DNA of 64,000 nucleotides from Alphaproteobacteria bacterium (GCA_050180485.1 JBFXED010000019.1:13540-77539), one strand, 5' to 3'; counted from the stretch's first letter, positions 1-9,551 are shown. The notes: generated by a model from the sequence alone, not told the origin. Numbers and translations are program-made.

Positions 1-1027
1 CCATCTTGCCCTGCTCACGTTTGGGGGCGCCCTCGGCCGTGGAGACGGTGACGTAGCTGTTGAAGTCCGTCGCAGCCAAGCGCAGCTCCTCCGGTGTGGA
101 GTGCGCAAAATGCGCGATAGCCGCCGTGGTGATGTCGCCGCCCCAGCTGTCCTCCAGGATCATGGCGATGCCCAGATGCACGCACAGGTCGCGAATCTGC
201 TTGGCCTTGGTCAGGCCGCCGACCTTGGAGATCTTGATATTGATGCAGTCGGCCGCGCCGTCCTGATGCAAACGCAACAGCATGTCGATGCCGTCGATAT
301 TCTCATCCAGGATGAAGGGGTGATTGGTGCGCCGGCGGATAGCCACCGATTCCTCGTAGGACAGGCACGGCTGCTCGATATAGACGTCCACGTCATGCAC
401 CGCGCGCACCACCCGCGCGGCCTGGTGCATCAGCCAGCCGGTGTTGGCGTCGGCCACCAGCGTGTCGCGCGGCTGCAGCTCGGCGCGCGTCGCGCGGATG
501 CGCTCGATATCGTCATCGGGGTTGCCACCGACCTTGAGCTGGAACTTCCTATAGCCCTCGCCACGATACTGACGCACGCGCGCGGCCATCTTTTCCGGCG
601 CCTCCTGCGAGATCGCGCGATAGAGGTCGATCGTTTCGCCAAAGCGGCCGCCCATCAGCACGCAGACCGGCTGCCCTGAGATCTGGCCCAGAATGTCCCA
701 GCAGGCCATGTCCAGGGCGCTTTTCACATAAGGATGGCCTTTCAGGGCCAAATCCATCGCGCGGTTGATGGCTGCGATCTGGCGTGGGTCCGCGCCGATC
801 AGATGCGGCCCCAACTCCTGGATGCCCACGCGCGCACCGGCCGCAAAGGCCGGCAGATAGAATGGGCCCAACGGGCACACTTCGCCCCAGCCCGTGACGC
901 CCGCATCGGTTTCGATGGAAACGACGGTGCTGTCGAACACCGACACCGACTTTCCACCGGACCAGTTGTAGCGTCCCTCGTGCAAGGGTAACTCGACACG
1001 ATAGCCACGGATGCGCTTGATCTTCAC
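1..1027 (-). CDS. lhpI: Enolase-superfamily (MR/MLE) protein, cis-3-hydroxy-L-proline dehydratase-like; 3' end runs off the window
   Basis: Not in the ORF track. Hand translation from GTG at 1027 gives [54 protein letters not shown]... with FQLKVGG, DAN, EQP and [11 protein letters not shown] motifs. Confidence 0.8.
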   Translation of the reverse strand, partial: MKIKRIRGYRVELPLHEGRYNWSGGKSVSVFDSTVVSIETDAGVTGWGEVCPLGPFYLPAFAAGARVGIQELGPHLIGADPRQIAAINRAMDLALKGHPYVKSALDMACWDILGQISGQPVCVLMGGRFGETIDLYRAISQEAPEKMAARVRQYRGEGYRKFQLKVGGNPDDDIERIRATRAELQPRDTLVADANTGWLMHQAARVVRAVHDVDVYIEQPCLSYEESVAIRRRTNHPFILDENIDGIDMLLRLHQDGAADCINIKISKVGGLTKAKQIRDLCVHLGIAMILEDSWGGDITTAAIAHFAHSTPEELRLAATDFNSYVTVSTAEGAPKREQGKM

Positions 1028-1114
1028 CGGAAATCCCCCTGGGCCGAAGGCATGGAAAAACGGCCCAGACCTTAGCAAAAAGGTCTCCAGTCCGTCACGC
1101 GCCAGGGGCGCCCG

Positions 1115-2782
1115 TTAGTTCAAGATCCGCGTCTGGGGAAACCAGATTTCCGCGGTGGTGCCCACATCCTTCACGCTTTCGATCCGGATGGTGCCGCCAT
1201 GAAGTTCCATCAGGCGCTTGCTGATGGCTAAGCCTAAGCCTGTCCCCTCATAGCCGCGCGCGTGACTGGCGTCGCTCTGCCAAAAGGGTTCGCCTACTCG
1301 CTCTAGCTGGTCAGCAGCAATACCGACGCCCGTATCGGACACTGACAATACTACGCCGTCCCCCGGATCACGGGCGGTCGAGATGACGACGGTGCCGCCG
1401 ACTTTTGTGAATTTCACGGCGTTGGAGAGAAGATTGAGCACGACCTGCTTGATGGCCCGCTGGTCGCCTCGGATAGCCGGCACCGTGCCATCCAACCGCT
1501 TAACGATATTCACGCCGCCGTCGCGCGCGCGACATGCAACAATCGCGAGGCAAGATTCGGCGACCTTAGCCAAGGATGTCTTCTCTTCCATGAGGTCGTA
1601 GCGACCCGCCTCGATCTTCGACATGTCGAGCACGTCGTTGATCAGATCGAGAAGATGGCTGCCGCTGTCGTGGATGAGCTTAGCGTAATCCCGATAGGTC
1701 TGTAGAGAAGCCACCGTGCCCGGATCATCGCGCATAATTTCGGCCAGACCCAAGACCGCATGAAGGGGCGTGCGAAGCTCGTGGCTGATATTGGCCAAGA
1801 ACGCCGACTTCGCCCGGTTGGCCGCCTCGGCGGCGTCCTTGGAAAGGATTAGCTCGCTCTCGCGCTTCTTCAAAGCGGTGATGTCCGTCTGCAAACTGAT
1901 CAGCCCGCCACCCGGAGTGCGCCGCTCCGAAAACTGCATCCATCGCCCGCCCGCCATGCGCCGGATGATGGGCTCGCCGGGATTCCGGAAGCTTTTGAGG
2001 CGATCCTGAATGAACGCCTCCTTATCCATCCCCGGGGAAATCTGGCACGACTGTCCCCGCTCGACCGAGGCGCGCAGGACGTCTTCGTACTTCACGCCCG
2101 GCCGGTGCATATCCGCAATATCCGGGTAGAACTCCAGATAGCGGCTATTGGCGACGACGAAGCGATCCTGGTCATCATAGACCACGATACCTTCGGAGCT
2201 GCTTTCAATGGCTTCGACCAACAGCTGCTCCGCCTGACGCTCACGGTGCATGGCATCGAGCCGTGCCTCCTCAGCACGCTTGTGTTCGGTGACATCGATA
2301 TAGAGCGCCACGAACCCGCCGGCCGGCAGTGGGCGGTCGCGAACCTCGATTACCGTTCCGTCCGGCCGCTTGCGTTCGAACCGGCGAGGCTCCAAGCGTT
2401 TGAGGGATTCCATGCGCGCACGAACGAGATCCTCGATGTTGCTGTCGGTCCCGAACTCGCCAAGCTTCGCGCCGTGCCGAACGATATCCTCGAATGGGAT
2501 ACCCCGCCGCATGAGTGAGGGGGGAAGTCGGAACAGGTCGACGAATTTCTGATTCCAGGCGACCATCCGAAGATCGCCGTCAACCATGGCGATGGCCTCG
2601 CTCATGTGCTCGAAGGTCGCTTCCAGATGCGCGGTTTCGCGCCGGAGCGCATCTTCGATCCGGCGCAGATTTCCAGCCTCCTGCCCGAATCGGAACAGGT
2701 TCCGAAAAACGTCGAGCAAAGCACGCCACGACTTCGCCGGAAGCGCGTTCGCCTCAGGTAGAACCTCGATTCCTCGGTCCAC
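1115..2782 (-). CDS. Cytoplasmic PAS-PAS sensor histidine kinase (HisKA + HATPase_c), no receiver domain
   Basis: H-box FLANISHELRTPL, N-box QVVLNLLSNAVKFT, G-boxes DTGVG and GTGLGL, two PAS-like repeats. Confidence 0.9.
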   Translation of the reverse strand: MDRGIEVLPEANALPAKSWRALLDVFRNLFRFGQEAGNLRRIEDALRRETAHLEATFEHMSEAIAMVDGDLRMVAWNQKFVDLFRLPPSLMRRGIPFEDIVRHGAKLGEFGTDSNIEDLVRARMESLKRLEPRRFERKRPDGTVIEVRDRPLPAGGFVALYIDVTEHKRAEEARLDAMHRERQAEQLLVEAIESSSEGIVVYDDQDRFVVANSRYLEFYPDIADMHRPGVKYEDVLRASVERGQSCQISPGMDKEAFIQDRLKSFRNPGEPIIRRMAGGRWMQFSERRTPGGGLISLQTDITALKKRESELILSKDAAEAANRAKSAFLANISHELRTPLHAVLGLAEIMRDDPGTVASLQTYRDYAKLIHDSGSHLLDLINDVLDMSKIEAGRYDLMEEKTSLAKVAESCLAIVACRARDGGVNIVKRLDGTVPAIRGDQRAIKQVVLNLLSNAVKFTKVGGTVVISTARDPGDGVVLSVSDTGVGIAADQLERVGEPFWQSDASHARGYEGTGLGLAISKRLMELHGGTIRIESVKDVGTTAEIWFPQTRILN

Positions 2783-2857
2783 CGCGCAAGCCCCAGTTGC
2801 CCTCCTTATTGTCGTTGAAGGGCAAAAAGGTGCAAGAACCTTATAGGCGCGGAGTTC

Positions 2858-3057
2858 TTAGGTTTTTAGAAGGTCAGCCTCCCAAAAGGGGCGCGTGTGG
2901 CTATCGTCGGCTTGCCAGAACGGCTCGGTGAGGTGCGGCAGCTGCGACGTGCGAAGCTCGTAGCTGATGTTGGCAGGTGCGCAGCATCCATGCCTAGAAA
3001 CGACCAGGCCGTGAGCGCCGCAACGAGGAGCGCGACCCCCGCCATGAACGCCAGCAA
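2858..3057 (-). pseudogene. Probable degraded histidine-kinase fragment (TM-like segment plus frameshifted HATPase piece)
   Basis: One frame gives a hydrophobic stretch LLAFMAGVALLVAALTAWSFLG. Another gives QLPHLTEPFWQADDSHTR, similar to QLERVGEPFWQSDASHAR in the adjacent kinase. Confidence 0.45.
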
Positions 3058-3208
3058 AGCACGGCGCAGCTTCGCAAGCAGCGCGGCGGGCTCCGATCAG
3101 GACGTGCTATGCGGGTTCAATGACGGGCGCCTCGGATGCTCGTCGCAATCTCGACACCAGATCAGAGCAAGGCTTGAACCTTACTGTGACACTACCGTGA
3201 ACGGCGTC

Positions 3209-4786
3209 TTAGAAGGACAGCAGCCTCGCCTGCACGATACCAGGTAGGGCGCGCAGCCGCGTTAGGGCATCGTCCGACATGCGTTCGTCGACGCCCAGCA
3301 GCGCCAGCGCCCCGCCGCCCTTGGCCTGCCGGCCCAGGTTGAACGTCGCGATGTTGACCCCGCTCTCGCCAAGCAGCGTGCCGATGCGCCCGATCGTGCC
3401 CGGCGTGTCCTGGTTCCGGATATAGACCATGTGCGGCATGATTTCGGCCTCGACCGGGATGTCCTCGATCCGCACGATGCGCGGACGCCCGCCACCGAAC
3501 AGCGTGCCGGCCACCGACTGGCGGCCATCGGCCGTCTCGACCGTCAGGGAAACCAAGGTCTGATAGTTCTCGTCCTGGTCGCGGACGACTTCCTTGACCT
3601 CGATTCCGCGCGAACGCGCGATGACGGGTGCGTTCACCATGTTCACGGCATCAAGCAAGGGCGTCAGCAGCCCCTGCAGCAACATGGCCGTGAGGGGCCG
3701 CGTGTTCAGCTCCGCCACATGGCCCGCATACTCGACCGTCGCAGATTTGAGGCCGGACTGAACGAGCTGGCCGACGAGGCTGCCGACCTGCCCGGCCAGC
3801 ATCATGTACGGGCGCAGCTTGACGGCATCCTCGGCGCTGACCGACGGCATATTGACCGCGCTGGTCACCGCCCCCGTCAGCAGGAAGTCGGACATCTGTT
3901 CGGCAATCTGGACCGCCACGTTCTCCTGCGCCTCAGCCGTGGACGCACCGAGATGCGGCGTCGCCACCACGTTCGGATGACCGAACAGGGAATTCGTTTT
4001 CGCGGGCTCGACGGAGAACACGTCGAGCGCCGCGCCGGCGACGTGACCGTCGTCGAGCGCGGCCTTCAACTCATCCTCGACAACGAGGCCGCCGCGCGCG
4101 CAATTGATGATGCGTACGCCGCGCTTCATCAGCGCGATGGACTTAGCGCCGATGATGCCGCGCGTCGAATCCGTCAGCGGCACATGCAAGGTGATGAAGT
4201 CGGCGCGCTTGAACAGATCCTCCAGCGCCACGGCCTCGATACCCAGGACGGCCGCACGCTCAGGCGACAGATACGGATCGTAGCCGATCACCTTCATCTT
4301 CAGGCCCAGGGCGCGGTCCGCCACGATGGAGCCGATATTGCCGCAGCCGATGACGCCGAGCGTCTTGCCGGTCAACTCGACGCCCATGAAACGGCTCTTC
4401 TCCCACTTTCCGGCCTGGGTCGAGCGGTCGGCGGATGGGATCTGCCGCGCCAGCGCAAACAGAAGCGCCAGCGCATGCTCGGCCGTCGTGACAGAATTGC
4501 CGTGCGGCGTGTTCATCACCACGACGCCCCGCGCGGTCGCGGCGGGCACGTCGATATTGTCGACGCCGATACCCGCGCGGCCGACGATCTTGAGACGCTT
4601 GGCGTGCGCCATCACATCGGCAGTGACTTGCGTCGACGAACGCACGGCCAGCCCGTCATAGTCGCCGATCACGGCGGCGAACTGCTCCGGTGTCAGATCC
4701 GTGCGGACATCGGCCTCGATACCGCGCGCGGTGAAGATGCGCGCCGCCTTGGCGCTCAGCTTATCGGCAATCAGAACCTTGGTCAT
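3209..4786 (-). CDS. serA: D-3-phosphoglycerate dehydrogenase with C-terminal ACT domain
   Basis: MTKVLIAD start, RAGIGVDNID, GxGxxG (GCGNIG), TPHLGAST, ACT domain; start trimmed to ATG 4786. Confidence 0.95.
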   Translation of the reverse strand: MTKVLIADKLSAKAARIFTARGIEADVRTDLTPEQFAAVIGDYDGLAVRSSTQVTADVMAHAKRLKIVGRAGIGVDNIDVPAATARGVVVMNTPHGNSVTTAEHALALLFALARQIPSADRSTQAGKWEKSRFMGVELTGKTLGVIGCGNIGSIVADRALGLKMKVIGYDPYLSPERAAVLGIEAVALEDLFKRADFITLHVPLTDSTRGIIGAKSIALMKRGVRIINCARGGLVVEDELKAALDDGHVAGAALDVFSVEPAKTNSLFGHPNVVATPHLGASTAEAQENVAVQIAEQMSDFLLTGAVTSAVNMPSVSAEDAVKLRPYMMLAGQVGSLVGQLVQSGLKSATVEYAGHVAELNTRPLTAMLLQGLLTPLLDAVNMVNAPVIARSRGIEVKEVVRDQDENYQTLVSLTVETADGRQSVAGTLFGGGRPRIVRIEDIPVEAEIMPHMVYIRNQDTPGTIGRIGTLLGESGVNIATFNLGRQAKGGGALALLGVDERMSDDALTRLRALPGIVQARLLSF

Positions 4787-4787
4787 A

Positions 4788-5942
4788 TCACGCCGCCTCC
4801 GCCCGGACGGAAGCGTATGCCCAGTCCAGCCACGGCAGCAGGGCTTCGACATCGCCCCGATCGATGGTGGCGCCGCCCCAGATGCGCAGGCCCGGCGGCG
4901 CCGAGCGGTAGGCGCCGATATCGAGCGCCACGCCTTCGGCCTCCAGCAGCGAGGTCATGCGCTTGAGCATCTCGGCCTGGCGCGGCTTCGGCAGGTTCGC
5001 GAACAGCGGCTCCTGCACCTTGAGGCAGATCGAGGTGCAGGAGCGCGTGGTCGGATCATCGGCCAGGAACGCGGCCCAATCGCTCCGTTCAACCCACGCG
5101 GCGACGGCGGCAAGATTGGCTTCCGAGCGCGCGATCAACGCGTCCAGCCCGCCGATGCCTTCCGCCCATTTCAGCCCGTCGAGCGCATCCTCAACGCAGA
5201 GCATGGACGGAGTGTTGATCGTCTCGCCGCGGAAGATGCCCTCGTCCAATTTTCCGTCCTTGGTCAGGCGGAACAACTTGGGTAGCGGCCAGGCCGGCTT
5301 ATGGCTTTCCAACCGCGCAGCAGCGCGAGGCGAGATCGCTAACATGCCGTGCTGCCCCTCTCCGCCTAGCACCTTCTGCCAGGACCAGGTGACCGCATCG
5401 AGCCTTTCCCACGGCAAGCGCATGGCGAACGCCGCCGAGGTCGCATCGCAGATGGCCAGGCCTTCGCGCCCGGGCGCGAGCCAAGCCGCATCGGGCACGC
5501 GCACGCCCGAAGTCGTACCGTTCCAGGTGAAAACAACGTCGCGGTCGGCCGCGACCTGCTTCAGGTCCGGCAGCTTGCCGTAATCGGCTTCGAACACCCG
5601 CACGTCGGAGAGGCGCAATGCCTTCACCACATCGGTGACCCAGGTCTTGCCGAAGCTTTCCCACGCCAGCATGTCTACGCCCCGCGCGCCGAGCAGCGAC
5701 CACAGCGCAAGTTCGACGGCGCCCGTATCCGACGCCGGAACGATGGCCAAGCGCCAGTCGGCTGGCATGCGCAGCACCGACTTACTACGGTCGATCACCT
5801 CGGCCAAGCGTGCCTTGCCCTTTGCCGAACGATGGGAGCGGCCCAGGAACGCGCCTTCGAGCACGTGAGGCGTCCAGCCCGGACGCTTGGCGCAAGGGCC
5901 AGAGGAAAAATTGGGATTCCGGGGACGGAGAGAAGGCTTCAT
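4788..5942 (-). CDS. serC: Phosphoserine aminotransferase (alphaproteobacterial type)
   Basis: [33 protein letters not shown]-lysine motif; directly upstream of serA. Confidence 0.95.
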   Translation of the reverse strand: MKPSLRPRNPNFSSGPCAKRPGWTPHVLEGAFLGRSHRSAKGKARLAEVIDRSKSVLRMPADWRLAIVPASDTGAVELALWSLLGARGVDMLAWESFGKTWVTDVVKALRLSDVRVFEADYGKLPDLKQVAADRDVVFTWNGTTSGVRVPDAAWLAPGREGLAICDATSAAFAMRLPWERLDAVTWSWQKVLGGEGQHGMLAISPRAAARLESHKPAWPLPKLFRLTKDGKLDEGIFRGETINTPSMLCVEDALDGLKWAEGIGGLDALIARSEANLAAVAAWVERSDWAAFLADDPTTRSCTSICLKVQEPLFANLPKPRQAEMLKRMTSLLEAEGVALDIGAYRSAPPGLRIWGGATIDRGDVEALLPWLDWAYASVRAEAA

Positions 5943-6053
5943 GGACGTCTCGGAAATGGCTAAAACATCGCAAATATTCATTTGTGCGATGCAGCATTTC
6001 GTATAGGCCCGAGCAAAACCCGTCAACCGTGCATTCGGGAAAAGATAGCTGGC

Positions 6054-6743
6054 CTACGCTTCCCGCATATCGCGCGCCGTGGTGCCGCTAGCCGTTCCAT
6101 CGGCATAGGAGCGTGCACCTTCGATATAACGGTCGAGTGGCAGCGAAATCGACCGGACGGAGGGACGTTCCATCAAATTATCGGCCAATGCCCTGAGGCG
6201 ACGGCATTCCGGAGGCAACCCCACACCACGGTAGTGTTCCATCACGGGGAGGCGCTCGAACCAGGGCTCATACGTAAGATCGACCAGGGAAAGCCGCTCA
6301 CCGAGCCAATATGGCCCCTTCGCGGTCCCGATCCCCGCACTTTCCATAAACAGAAAATGGGTTCGCAGCTCTGCAGACAGTCGGGCTTGATCGTCCTTCG
6401 ATTGGGCCAGAAGCAACCTGTACCAAGTTGGCGTGAACTTGACGTTGGCGAAGTCGACCCAAAACCGGGCGCGGGCTCGCGCGGCCGGGTCCGTAGGCAT
6501 CAGCGCAGGATCGGGAAACACTTCCTCCACATATTCATTGATGATCGAAGATTCCCAAACCAGATCATCGCCATGCTTGAGCACAGGCACTTTGCTGTAG
6601 GGAGAAACTTCGGCAAACCAGGAGGGTTTGGCACTCAAATCAATTTCGGTGAACTCAAACGAAATATTCTTCTCCAAGAGTACGAGACGCGTGCGGGCCG
6701 CATAGGGACAAATTTGCGCGCTATAAAGATGAATGATCGCCAT
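6054..6743 (-). CDS. Glutathione S-transferase, omega/SspA-like with CPY active site
   Basis: CPYAARTRLVL, KVPVL, ESSIINEY motifs. Confidence 0.85.
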   Translation of the reverse strand: MAIIHLYSAQICPYAARTRLVLLEKNISFEFTEIDLSAKPSWFAEVSPYSKVPVLKHGDDLVWESSIINEYVEEVFPDPALMPTDPAARARARFWVDFANVKFTPTWYRLLLAQSKDDQARLSAELRTHFLFMESAGIGTAKGPYWLGERLSLVDLTYEPWFERLPVMEHYRGVGLPPECRRLRALADNLMERPSVRSISLPLDRYIEGARSYADGTASGTTARDMREA

Positions 6744-6802
6744 TGTCTAACCCTCCGCTCACGTTTATTCCTGCCCCTGCGAACAACCGCGAAGGCCCAT
6801 CG

Positions 6803-7498
6803 ATGACAATGGTATTGTACGAACTTGTCGGCCAGAACGACCATCGGTTCAGCCCCTATGCTTGGCGCAGCCGCCTCGCGCTCGCCCACAAAGGGTTGGA
6901 GGCCACGTTCGTGCCCTGTCGCTTGACGGACAAGGACAAAATTGCTTTCAGCAAGCAGGAACGGGTACCGGTACTGAAGGACGGCGACACGGTCGTGCCC
7001 GATTCCTGGGCGATCGCCTGCTATCTGGAGGACAAGTATCCTGACCGGCCGTCGCTCTTCGGCGGCGCGGTCGGCCGTGGGGTCGCGCGGGTCGTGAACG
7101 CGGCGGCGGACACGCAGCTGATCCCGGCCATGGCGCGCCTGATCCTCGGCGATGTCTTCGCGACCATCGATCCCGCCGACCGCGAATACTTCCGCAAGAC
7201 GCGTGAACCGCGCTTTGGCGCCACCATCGAGGCGATTGCCGCCGGGCGCGACGGTCAGCGCGAGCCGTGGCTCAACGCTCTAGGCCCTTTTCGCCTAGTT
7301 CTGAAAGAGCAACCATTCCTGTCGGGCGAGAAGCCCGCCTACGCCGACTACATCCTGTTCGGCACGTTCCAGTGGGCGCGCTGTACCAGCCCGTATCCAT
7401 TGCTTGAGCGCGACGATCCGGTCCATGCTTGGCGCGAGAAGATGCTGGACCTGTTCGGCGGCATGGGCCGGAAGGCCAAGGGCTATCCGGTCGACTGA
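6803..7498 (+). CDS. Glutathione S-transferase, LigE (beta-etherase)-like subfamily
   Basis: LYELVG..D.RFSPYAWR.R.ALAHKGL, VPVL.DG...V.DSWAIA.YL, PAYADY..FG.FQW; start trimmed to ATG 6803. Confidence 0.8.
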   Translation: MTMVLYELVGQNDHRFSPYAWRSRLALAHKGLEATFVPCRLTDKDKIAFSKQERVPVLKDGDTVVPDSWAIACYLEDKYPDRPSLFGGAVGRGVARVVNAAADTQLIPAMARLILGDVFATIDPADREYFRKTREPRFGATIEAIAAGRDGQREPWLNALGPFRLVLKEQPFLSGEKPAYADYILFGTFQWARCTSPYPLLERDDPVHAWREKMLDLFGGMGRKAKGYPVD

Positions 7499-7501
7499 CC
7501 G

Positions 7502-7951
7502 CTAGGCGGGCCGCCGCCGGACGATGTGCGGAATGGTCATCGTGCACATCGTCTCGCCGCGCTGATTGGTTGTCCGGTACTTGAGGACCATGATGCCCCG
7601 TCCAGGCTTGGTCGCCGACGGACGCACCTCCGCCACCTCGACCTCCACCTGCAACGTATCACCAGCCTTCAGCGGCTTGAGAAACCTGACGTCGTCCACC
7701 GCCGGCGCGCCCATGTTGCAGGCCGTGATGACGCCCGTCTCGAAGAAGAGCTTGAAGCTGAGCGCGCAGGTCTGGAAACCGCTAGCAACGACCTCGCCGA
7801 AGAGCCCGTGCTTGGCCGCTTCCTTGTCCTTATGGAACGGCTGCGGGTCGTATTTGTGGGCATAGTCCAGGATGTCGGCTTCGCTGACGGTCAGCTTCGC
7901 CGAGGTGAATTTCTCGCCGACCTTGAAATCTTCCAGATAGCGCGTGGTCAC
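7502..7951 (-). CDS. MaoC-family hot-dog dehydratase
   Basis: YLEDFKVG, YDPQPFH, VVASGFQT, RFLKPLKAGD; GTG start overlaps the phzF stop (GTGA). Confidence 0.85.
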   Translation of the reverse strand: MTTRYLEDFKVGEKFTSAKLTVSEADILDYAHKYDPQPFHKDKEAAKHGLFGEVVASGFQTCALSFKLFFETGVITACNMGAPAVDDVRFLKPLKAGDTLQVEVEVAEVRPSATKPGRGIMVLKYRTTNQRGETMCTMTIPHIVRRRPA

Positions 7952-8760
7952 GTCGACGTCCCTGCCGCGGTTGTTGATGCCGAAATCCTGATCGTACCTT
8001 CGAGGAAGAAAGCCACGCGGCCGCGCATGACGACGCGCTCGCCGCGCTGTTCGCACACCAGTTCCCCACCCCGCGCGGAAATCTGCCGCGCATTCAGCGT
8101 GGTCTTGTCCAGTCGCTTGGACCAGTACGGCGTCAGCGCGCAGTGGGCCGAGCCGGTCACCGGGTCTTCCTTGATGCCCAAGCCGGGCGCGAAGAATCGG
8201 GAAACGAAATCCACTTCGTCGCCGGGCGCGGTGACGATCATGCCGGGACGCTCTAGCTTGCCAAATTTCTCGAAATCTGGCGTCATGGCGCGGATATCCG
8301 CCTCGCGATCGAAGACGGCCAGATAGTCGCGTTGATTGCTCAGCAATTCGACAGGCGCCAGGCCCAGCGCGTCTGCCACGGCGGCGGACTTGATCGGCTT
8401 GGCTTCCCAAACCGGAAAATCCATGGCGAACCACTCGCCATCCTTCACCACCTCCAGCACACCGCTCGCGGTGTGAAAACGGACGGACGAGCGGGACGGA
8501 TCGAGCTTTGAGAGCACCAACGCGCCGGTCGCGAGCGTGGCATGGCCGCACAGATCCACTTCCGTCGTGGGTGTGAACCAGCGCAGATCGTAGTTAACGT
8601 CGCTGGGCACAAAGAACGCTGTCTCGGACAGATTGTTTTCGGCCGCGATGGCCTGCATCGTCTCGTCCGGCAGCCATTTCGTCAGCACACAGACGGCGGC
8701 CGGGTTGCCGCCGAAGACGCGGCCCGTGAACGCGTCGATCTGATAGAGCGGAATTTCCAT
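7948..8760 (-). CDS. PhzF-family isomerase/epimerase
   Basis: QIDAFT...FGGNPAAV, NNLSETAF, EVDLCGHATLA, EDPVTGSAH. Confidence 0.9.
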   Translation of the reverse strand: MEIPLYQIDAFTGRVFGGNPAAVCVLTKWLPDETMQAIAAENNLSETAFFVPSDVNYDLRWFTPTTEVDLCGHATLATGALVLSKLDPSRSSVRFHTASGVLEVVKDGEWFAMDFPVWEAKPIKSAAVADALGLAPVELLSNQRDYLAVFDREADIRAMTPDFEKFGKLERPGMIVTAPGDEVDFVSRFFAPGLGIKEDPVTGSAHCALTPYWSKRLDKTTLNARQISARGGELVCEQRGERVVMRGRVAFFLEGTIRISASTTAAGTST

Positions 8761-8765
8761 TTCGA

Positions 8766-9245
8766 TCAGGGCTGGTTCTGGAACAGCATGAGCGTGGCGC
8801 TGCCGTGGGCGTAGAGCTTACCCTGGAGATCGGTCAGGCGGGCCTCCGCCGTGGCTATGCGCTTGCCCTGATGGATGATCTTTCCTTCGCAGCGGACCCG
8901 GCCGGTCTTGGGGGTCATGGGACGCACGAAATTGACCTTTAACTCCAGCGTGGTCGACGCTCCGCCGGCATCCTGGGTGGTCAGGGCGGCCGAGCCGGTC
9001 GCACTGTCGATCAGCGCCGCGGCCAAGCCGCCATGGGCGATGCCCAAAGCGTTGTTGTGCTGTTCAGCAATGTCGCATTCGAAGACGCAGCGGCCGAACT
9101 CCGCCTCCACGACGCGCAAGCCCAGGCTGGCTACGAAAGGCGAGGACGGTTTCTCGCCCCGCGCCATGGCCTGCATGTATTCCAGGCCGGAAACCTTCCT
9201 GCCCCCGTGCACCGGGGCGTCCGGACCGTATTTCGTCTCTGACAT
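8766..9245 (-). CDS. PaaI-family thioesterase
   Basis: HNNALGIAHGG...LIDSATG, TLELKVNFVRP. Confidence 0.9.
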   Translation of the reverse strand: MSETKYGPDAPVHGGRKVSGLEYMQAMARGEKPSSPFVASLGLRVVEAEFGRCVFECDIAEQHNNALGIAHGGLAAALIDSATGSAALTTQDAGGASTTLELKVNFVRPMTPKTGRVRCEGKIIHQGKRIATAEARLTDLQGKLYAHGSATLMLFQNQP

Positions 9246-9262
9246 GGGATCTCCGCGCAACG

Positions 9263-9292
9263 AAGGCCGGTTCGAGGAACCGGCCTTTTTTC
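9263..9292 (+). terminator. Intrinsic terminator-like hairpin with U-tract on the + strand
   Basis: aaggccggttc-gag-gaaccggcctt followed by tttt. Confidence 0.55.
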
Positions 9293-9338
9293 GAGGGGCC
9301 GACCTTACGCGGTCACGCCCTATCCGTCGAGCGGCGGT

Positions 9339-9530
9339 CTAAGAATGACGGCGCTTCCAGTCCCAGATTTCCGCAGGCACGGCACCGCGCGCCAAACCGA
9401 TATCGTCCATCGAGAACGTATCGGGTTTGATTTCCGCCGCATGGGCGGAGCGCGGCGAATCGCCAGCCTGAATCACGTTGGCATCAAGCGGTGCAGAATA
9501 AATCGGGTGCAAGAAGCTGCGCTCTGTCAT
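9339..9530 (-). CDS. 63-aa protein resembling the AlaX N-terminal region (mini-AlaX)
   Basis: M1, T2, F6, Y11, A17, V19 and DWKRRH are shared with the neighbouring AlaX; purine-rich RBS. Confidence 0.5.
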   Translation of the reverse strand: MTERSFLHPIYSAPLDANVIQAGDSPRSAHAAEIKPDTFSMDDIGLARGAVPAEIWDWKRRHS

Positions 9531-9551
9531 CTCTCTCGGTCATCTCTCTCG
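9526..9551. repeat. Exact 13-bp tandem duplication (gtcatctctctcg x2) covering the RBS and start codon
   Basis: 9526-9538 and 9539-9551 are identical. Confidence 0.9.
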
